DNA of 32,000 nt from Acaryochloris marina S15 (GTDB lineage Bacteria > Cyanobacteriota > Cyanobacteriia > Thermosynechococcales > Thermosynechococcaceae). The notes beneath the pieces were generated by a model. The model searched no databases, had not been told where the DNA came from, and was given only the letters and a program-made list of their open reading frames with translations. Below, piece after piece: positions 27,080-32,000 of the stretch; position 1 is the first letter of the stretch; each line of letters starts with the position of its first letter. The position numbers and the translations under genes were made by a program. The stretch is taken from positions 1,350,001 to 1,382,000 of the forward strand of contig NZ_CP064923.1 of NCBI RefSeq assembly GCF_018336915.1, read 5' to 3'.

Positions 27080-27817
27080 TTAGTCTGTCCCTTGGATCAG
27101 TTGAAAGCCTTTCAAACTTGGACCCACTTGTTCTGAAAAGATAACAGGTCCAAAAGAGTGGGCGACTTCAATCCCTTGGAGATGGCGGACAGTCCAGGCA
27201 TTACAATCAGACCAAATCACATAATATTCACGACCTGGGTAAAACTGCCCCCTAAAATTAGGGACTTGTGGATAGGGGACACTCCGTTCACCATCCTGAC
27301 GCTTGAAGCTTTGCTCTAACGTTGTAATCAGATCATATAGTTGTTGCGCCGAGACTTTCCGATGATACAGTTGCCGCGCGTGCTTTTGGGCCGACAGTAG
27401 CGTGTCTCGGCCTCTCAGGTACATCACTGACTCCGTTGGCAGGATGCCAGCTGTGAGAGTGGCCAGAAACGAGGTGTCGGATAGCATAAAAAAATGCTTA
27501 TCCCCCCAGCCATACTCAACATAACGGGAGTTTGGTGAGTGGGGAGGTCCCAGTGCCCAGCCCTGGGGTTGTTCAATGAGAATAGCGGTATGAAATCCCC
27601 AATTGACGACATAAAGATCATATTCCGCCTTTTTTAATGGGTTGATATTGGGTAGTTCAACTTCTGGAATAGGGGGTGTCCAAATCGCCATATATAGGGC
27701 AGGTACGCCCCACAAACCACCATTAAGCAATAACAAAATACCCAAGCAGCGACGCCGTTGTTTGAGGACGCCCCAAAACTGTCGAATTTTTGTCCGCCAG
27801 AGTGGATGGGTGTGCAT
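27080..27817 (-). CDS. DUF2459 / TIGR02117-family protein (function unknown)
   Basis: 245 aa with an N-terminal basic region and a hydrophobic helix. The segments VVNWGFHTAILIEQP, YVEYGWGDKHFF and YYVIWSDCNAWTVRHLQ resemble the GWHT / eFGWGd / CNtWt pattern I recall for DUF2459. Confidence 0.5.
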   Translation of the reverse strand: MHTHPLWRTKIRQFWGVLKQRRRCLGILLLLNGGLWGVPALYMAIWTPPIPEVELPNINPLKKAEYDLYVVNWGFHTAILIEQPQGWALGPPHSPNSRYVEYGWGDKHFFMLSDTSFLATLTAGILPTESVMYLRGRDTLLSAQKHARQLYHRKVSAQQLYDLITTLEQSFKRQDGERSVPYPQVPNFRGQFYPGREYYVIWSDCNAWTVRHLQGIEVAHSFGPVIFSEQVGPSLKGFQLIQGTD

Positions 27818-27918
27818 GAGGATTTAAATAGGGTTTAACGTAAAAATTGAATTGCATTCCCCTTGGTCCCAAGATAGGATGCCAAAGTTGCAGACAATAT
27901 CAAAAAGTTAGGATTACC

Positions 27919-28341
27919 ATGACCAAAGCCATAATGGAAACCAATAAAGGTACGATTAATCTTGATTTATTTGATCAGGACGCCCCTAATACCGTCAAGA
28001 ATTTCGTTGATTTAGCGAATAAAGGGTTTTATGACGGTTTAGCTTTTCATCGTGTCATTCCTAATTTTATGATCCAAGGGGGATGTCCCAAAGGTACCGG
28101 TACAGGTGGACCTGGTTACACCATCAAGTGTGAAATTAATAACAACAAACACCAAGCTGGAACCCTATCCATGGCCCATGCTGGCCGGGATACAGGCGGC
28201 AGTCAATTCTTTATTTGTCATGCCCCTCAATCTCACCTAGATGGGGTACATACCACCTTTGGTCTGACCCAAAATATGGATGTGGTGAATGCGATTCGCC
28301 AGGGAGACAAGATTCTATCGGTTAAAATTTCTGCAGAATAA
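27919..28341 (+). CDS. peptidyl-prolyl cis-trans isomerase, cyclophilin type
   Basis: The track ORF starts at 27847. The ATG at 27919 gives [67 protein letters not shown]...[16 protein letters not shown], a canonical short bacterial cyclophilin. Confidence 0.9.
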   Translation: MTKAIMETNKGTINLDLFDQDAPNTVKNFVDLANKGFYDGLAFHRVIPNFMIQGGCPKGTGTGGPGYTIKCEINNNKHQAGTLSMAHAGRDTGGSQFFICHAPQSHLDGVHTTFGLTQNMDVVNAIRQGDKILSVKISAE

Positions 28342-28358
28342 GCTGAAAGGCGTGGATC

Positions 28359-28937
28359 CTAATTGTTAATGGCTGCACCAGGTGCAATCTGCTCTAGAGA
28401 CAAGTTAGGGCATTCCACGCCAGAAGCCTTTTGTAAGGCTTGGTAACTCACCTTAATGCCCGCCTTCTTCATTTTTGAATAGTTACTGATCAACAGCAAA
28501 CAGGTTTCCAGTTTGATACGGGTTAACTGGGAACGAGCATGTCTCTTACAAGCTTCCATTCCTGCTGATTGAGTATAGGTAAATGAGCCGCCTAGGGAGC
28601 CGGTATCAAAGGGGCCAATCCCATTCCCAAATACTGAAACGGCTAAGCCACTCGTGGTGCAATCGCTTAAACTTTTACCGACAATTGACTTTCCCAAAGG
28701 GCGTTGGCCAGATTGTGAATTCGTTAAGACACCACCTTGAATGAGTTCCAGCTCTGGACTGGCATCTGCTTCAGCTGTATTGCCAACGTCAATATTGTTT
28801 GTCCTAGACTGGGCAAAACCGACGATAGGAGTAAATGATACTTGTACGGCCAGTGTAAGCATCACTAACAACCGTCTCTGTTGTATGACCGATTGCTTTG
28901 ATAGTGAGATGTTTGCTAGCACTGCCTTGGGAACCAA
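28359..28937 (-). CDS. secreted four-Cys protein of unknown family (cassette protein B2)
   Basis: 192 aa with a signal-peptide-like N-terminus (QQRRLLVMLTLAVQVSFTPIVGFAQS). By my hand count it is ~61% identical (81 of 132 ungapped positions) to the 29539-30276 product. The four Cys align between the two, as do the blocks FGNGIGPFDTGS.GGSFTYT and CLLLISNYSKM.KAG.KVSYQAL. The start codon is uncertain (TTG 28937 or the internal ATG 28862). Confidence 0.75.
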   Translation of the reverse strand: MVPKAVLANISLSKQSVIQQRRLLVMLTLAVQVSFTPIVGFAQSRTNNIDVGNTAEADASPELELIQGGVLTNSQSGQRPLGKSIVGKSLSDCTTSGLAVSVFGNGIGPFDTGSLGGSFTYTQSAGMEACKRHARSQLTRIKLETCLLLISNYSKMKKAGIKVSYQALQKASGVECPNLSLEQIAPGAAINN

Positions 28938-28942
28938 TAAGT

Positions 28943-29329
28943 TTAAAAGCTATAGCCTGTTATGGCGTTATTGATGATTAAAGACTCATTAAAGTCGAAC
29001 TCTTCGCGCACCTCAATCTCGATCTGACGAGTAATATTTGCAGTTTCAATACTGACACTAGTAGAAGTTGCTCCGTAGCTATAGTTGGTTTGTGTTGTTG
29101 TGCCGTTCTCGCTATTAGAGGTTTGGGTCGAGCCACTACTGCCATCGGTGGTCAAAGACACAGAACTCTGACTATTTTGCGTAGAGTCATTGATACTTCG
29201 CTCAACAAGGGTATGTCCAGTGGGCGAGACCTGAAAAGTGGTAACGGTTGTGGCGAAAGCACCTTGTCCTAGGGCTGGCCTAGCTCCGACAGTGGTTATC
29301 GCAAATAGAGTGAGATAGAAAAGTTTCAC
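28943..29329 (-). CDS. small secreted Ser/Thr/Asn-rich protein with aromatic C-terminus (cassette protein A2)
   Basis: The track ORF is 28943-29359. I prefer the GTG at 29329, which gives (M)KLFYLTLFAITTVGARPALGQGAF..., a signal peptide. The mature part is S/T/N/Q-rich. The C-terminus EEFDFNESLIINNAITGYSF parallels DSYDYSGINKTHRVTGGFSF of the 30346-30741 product. Confidence 0.65.
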   Translation of the reverse strand: MKLFYLTLFAITTVGARPALGQGAFATTVTTFQVSPTGHTLVERSINDSTQNSQSSVSLTTDGSSGSTQTSNSENGTTTQTNYSYGATSTSVSIETANITRQIEIEVREEFDFNESLIINNAITGYSF

Positions 29330-29538
29330 GTGATATAACCAACGACACTTGCACAACAAAGCATCTCTACGCAGCTAATCATTTGTCTTAGACTGTCAGA
29401 AATTTTTAAATTGCACATTGCTCACCTAGGGTAGGCAAACTTTTGGAAACAGCAAATGAGCATAAACAAGAAGTATCAAATCAAACTAGATTTAAGCCAA
29501 CTTGATATATTCAACGCAATTTGGATAATAATCGAGAA

Positions 29539-30276
29539 TTATCGGTAGGCGTTAAAGTTTTGCTGTTGAGTAGGGGCTTGTGAAGGCACTGGGTGATTTG
29601 GGCTTTGTTGGTGCTGTTGATTGAGTCTGGGGTTTTGTTGAACCTGACGTTGGTTCGGTGAGATATTTTGGAGTTGTTGAGGCTGCTCAGGTTGTTGCGG
29701 TTGATAGAGCACTGGCTGAGGACGAGCCTGGGGAGGAGCTGTACGGCCCAATGGTCCAGGGTTGTTTGCCGGTGCGATCGCACTTTGAACCACAATCGGA
29801 GGACAATCCACACCACCAATTGTTTTTAGAGCTTGATAACTGACTTTAACGCCAGCTTTAATCATCTTGGAATAGTTGCTGATCAGTAACAAGCAGTTCT
29901 CTAACTTGGCTTTGGAAAGCTGTGTTTGGGCATATTCGTTACATGTTCCCATACCAAAAGAATGGGTATAAGTGAACGAACCACCAATACTACCCGTATC
30001 AAAAGGGCCAATTCCATTGCCAAAAGCAGAAGCAGCAATACCATTACTGGTGCAATCTGCAACTCCTCGACCAACAATACTTCGCCCTAAAGGATGAGTA
30101 TTGACCTGTGTATTAACCAAAGAACCTTGTTGATTCAAATCGACAGCCGGATTCGCTGTGGATTGGGCATTGTTGGGAGCATCAATATTATTAGTGGTTG
30201 TTTGGGCTAGAGCAGAATGAGATGAAATTGCTAAAAACCCAACAACTGATGCACAGAAAAGAAAACGAGGGCGCAT
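29539..30276 (-). CDS. secreted four-Cys protein of unknown family with Gln/Pro-rich tail (cassette protein B1)
   Basis: The track ORF is 29539-30327. The ATG at 30276 is preceded by aggaga 8 nt upstream and gives MRPRFLFCASVVGFLAISSHSALAQTT, a signal peptide. It is a paralog of the 28359-28937 product and has an extra ~85 aa P/Q/N-rich C-terminal tail. Confidence 0.8.
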   Translation of the reverse strand: MRPRFLFCASVVGFLAISSHSALAQTTTNNIDAPNNAQSTANPAVDLNQQGSLVNTQVNTHPLGRSIVGRGVADCTSNGIAASAFGNGIGPFDTGSIGGSFTYTHSFGMGTCNEYAQTQLSKAKLENCLLLISNYSKMIKAGVKVSYQALKTIGGVDCPPIVVQSAIAPANNPGPLGRTAPPQARPQPVLYQPQQPEQPQQLQNISPNQRQVQQNPRLNQQHQQSPNHPVPSQAPTQQQNFNAYR

Positions 30277-30345
30277 AAGTGAATTCTCCTGAATTATAAA
30301 AGGGGCAACGGGATAACGTTGCCCCAAGAAATATACTTAATTCAG

Positions 30346-30741
30346 TTAGAACGAGAAACCACCTGTTACTCTGTGGGTTTTGTTGATTCCAGAGTAATCG
30401 TAGCTGTCTGTATTGTGTACGTTGGTTGTTCTGGAGAGCTTACCATCTTCAGTTGCAGAGCTGATAGTTGAAATGGTTGAGTGGTCAGTTTCCTCAAACC
30501 AGACCCCATCTTTATCTCCAGATGTGGTGGTAGTTGCATCAACATGCTTAGTGGAGGTTGAACCTGCCCAGGTTGTAGCATCGTAGGTCTCATGAACATT
30601 CACATTGGTTGTGGAATGACCGTTAAAGATGCTCTTGACTCTATAGCTGTTCTCAACATAGGACTCGCCAGCTGCAGCAGGTAATGCGGCAGCGCCAAGG
30701 GAGATTAGGACCGCAAGAGGTGCGATTTTTTGAAGTTTCAT
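30346..30741 (-). CDS. small secreted Ser/Thr-rich protein with aromatic C-terminus (cassette protein A1)
   Basis: 131 aa with signal peptide MKLQKIAPLAVLISLGAAALPAAAG. The mature region is T/S/D/N-rich and ends in ...VTGGFSF. It lies immediately upstream of B1 on the same strand. Confidence 0.75.
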   Translation of the reverse strand: MKLQKIAPLAVLISLGAAALPAAAGESYVENSYRVKSIFNGHSTTNVNVHETYDATTWAGSTSTKHVDATTTTSGDKDGVWFEETDHSTISTISSATEDGKLSRTTNVHNTDSYDYSGINKTHRVTGGFSF

Positions 30742-31380
30742 GAGTAGTTACCGCTGAAAGTGTTTAGTAGCAATGGGCTTGGTGATGAAAGCTCGCCCAA
30801 GAGATAAGTGCAAACAAATAAAGCCTGCAACAGAATTAGCATTAAAAAGCAAAAACACTGACACCAGAATCCATCTCATGTCTTAAAGCACCAACTGCTC
30901 ATAAAGAACATCCCCCTGTTAGTGCTTGATGGTGTATTTTTGCTGTCAAATCAACTTGCCTAAACCATCTAGATCAGGTAGTTGAACTTTAATAACTAAC
31001 GTTGCAATACAATATATTGCCCGTGTTTTGCGTTTCAAATTACCCCATGGAACAAAACAGCGAAGTTGTAAATCTAATTGAATTACAACACCGAATACCT
31101 GATTTGCTCTGACAATAAATAATTTAATTCACAAGCAAACTGTAGTCTGGATTTTTTTGCCCCTAGTGCTTTTTCACAAAATATTCACTCACCTAGAGAA
31201 AAAATTAAGAGATATCTTTTTTAGCTAGAGAGTATGAGACTATACCTAGCCTTATACTTCAGATCTTTAAGTAGAAATGGCATCATTTTATAAAGAAGAT
31301 TGAAGTTTATAGTAGTTTTAATTAGAAGTTTCTTTCTCTTGTAATATCTCTGTTTTGTATTGTGTTGGTACAAGAGTATT

Positions 31381-31428
31381 TACTTATTCCCTCAGACAGA
31401 AAGGCAAGGATGTCTGAAGGAATAAGTA
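31381..31428 (-). terminator. long hairpin downstream of the 31489-32000 gene (possible terminator or RNA stability element)
   Basis: 18-bp stem with one mismatch, tacttattccctcagaca (31381-31398) pairing with tgtctgaaggaataagta (31411-31428), and a 12-nt loop. It lies 60 nt past the stop of the minus-strand CDS. There is no clear U tract on either strand. Confidence 0.35.
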
Positions 31429-31488
31429 AGCGTTTGGAAGAGGCCATAACGCTTGTGTCATAGTGATGAGCCGAAAGCCATCATTCAA

Positions 31489-32000
31489 TCAGCTTTGAGA
31501 TAATCTCTGAATGGATTGCCCACCTAGTTGTAAGTGTGTCTGTGATAGGAGTTCAGGTATTTTTTCAGCATGGGGGCTAGCTCTTAAGCATTCCTTCAGA
31601 TCCAAGTTGGACAAATGGGTTGCTTTTTGACCGGGGAACCAGTGACTGGCTTGCCCTAGGAGGTTGTAGCGCATCTTGGCATAGTCTTGCATGTCATAAG
31701 CTAGAGCTAGATTTCGCAACCATAGAATGACGGGAATATTGATATTGCCGGGCGTTTGCTCATGGGTTGGCAGGCCTTGATGCCAAGTGTTGACCCAGTC
31801 TTCGCCTAGGGTTGAGATTGCTGCTGCTTGCAGCCGCTCCAAGATCGGTGGTAGCAAGGTCTCTGCTTGTTCGAGTAGCTCCAATGTTTTCAGATGTTCA
31901 TCAAAATCACTGGGGCGAGCTGCACCCAAACTGAGGGTATGGACTTGGGGATGACTTAAGCAGAATAAGTCGTTGAATACTATGGGGCTGAGGGGTTGGC
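31489..32000 (-). CDS. C-terminal part of a protein continuing past the right edge (possibly aldo/keto-reductase-like)
   Basis: The track ORF is 31489-31929, but I checked that the frame remains open from 31930 to the window end (...QPLSPIVFNDLFCLSHPQVHTLSLGAARPSDFDEHLKTLE...). The HPQV..LSLGAARPSDFDEHL segment resembles the C-terminal strand and loop of aldo/keto reductases. That assignment is weak. Confidence 0.45.
   Translation of the reverse strand, partial: QPLSPIVFNDLFCLSHPQVHTLSLGAARPSDFDEHLKTLELLEQAETLLPPILERLQAAAISTLGEDWVNTWHQGLPTHEQTPGNINIPVILWLRNLALAYDMQDYAKMRYNLLGQASHWFPGQKATHLSNLDLKECLRASPHAEKIPELLSQTHLQLGGQSIQRLSQS

Noticed and set aside
27847-27918. The track shows a 24-codon N-terminal extension ([24 protein letters not shown]) of the cyclophilin ORF.
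   Set aside because: Cyclophilin homology begins right after the ATG at 27919. The extension has a TTG start and would nearly abut the divergent DUF2459 gene.
29511-29819. A 102-aa alternative-frame ORF and a plus-strand ORF (29658-29843) overlap the 3' end of B1.
   Set aside because: They are off-frame products of the Gln/Pro-rich repetitive region. B1's frame is supported by paralogy with B2 up to the last conserved Cys.
28359-30276. The B proteins (CLLLISNYSKM...C-P) weakly resemble conjugative-transfer periplasmic proteins such as TrbM-like proteins.
   Set aside because: This rests only on a vague recollection of a Cys-LLCLSS-type motif. The window has no other type IV secretion or conjugation genes, relaxase or integrase, so I cannot support it.

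Overview
This is a cyanobacterial chromosomal segment. Support: ten copies of the HIP1 palindrome GCGATCGC, petH, the ctaA/ctaB and ctaCDE cytochrome oxidase clusters, and an rbcR/ycf30-type LysR regulator. I cannot assign a genus from the sequence alone.

Layout:
- 1-15 kb is ordinary core metabolism: a TraB/GumN lipoprotein fragment, petH, small membrane proteins, an ATP-grasp ligase-like gene, an ABC-2 exporter pair, ctaB-ctaA divergent from ctaC-ctaD-ctaE, and nadC.
- 15-20 kb is a signalling block: rbcR, then a tightly packed operon (4-Cys-prefix Ser/Thr kinase, APH-family phosphotransferase, small DOMON-like protein), then a stand-alone FHA protein.
- 20-31.5 kb looks accessory and is where the unusual content lies.

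Unusual content in the accessory part:
1. Two overlapping, co-oriented P-loop NTPase genes. The second is fused to a coiled coil, one hydrophobic helix and 14 WD40 blades.
2. A signal-peptide protein made of Arg/Trp/acidic repeats.
3. A DUF2459 - Tpt1/KptA - small Cys-loop secreted peptide string.
4. A duplicated two-gene cassette (A1-B1-A2-B2). It encodes Ser/Thr-rich small secreted proteins with a shared aromatic C-terminus and four-Cys secreted proteins I cannot place in any family. A ~750 bp very AT-rich non-coding region lies upstream of it.

I regard the cassette (4) and the NTPase pair (1) as the best candidates for an undescribed system. I saw no rRNA, tRNA, CRISPR array, transposase or integrase. 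All family calls come from reading the translations and recalled motifs; no database search was possible.
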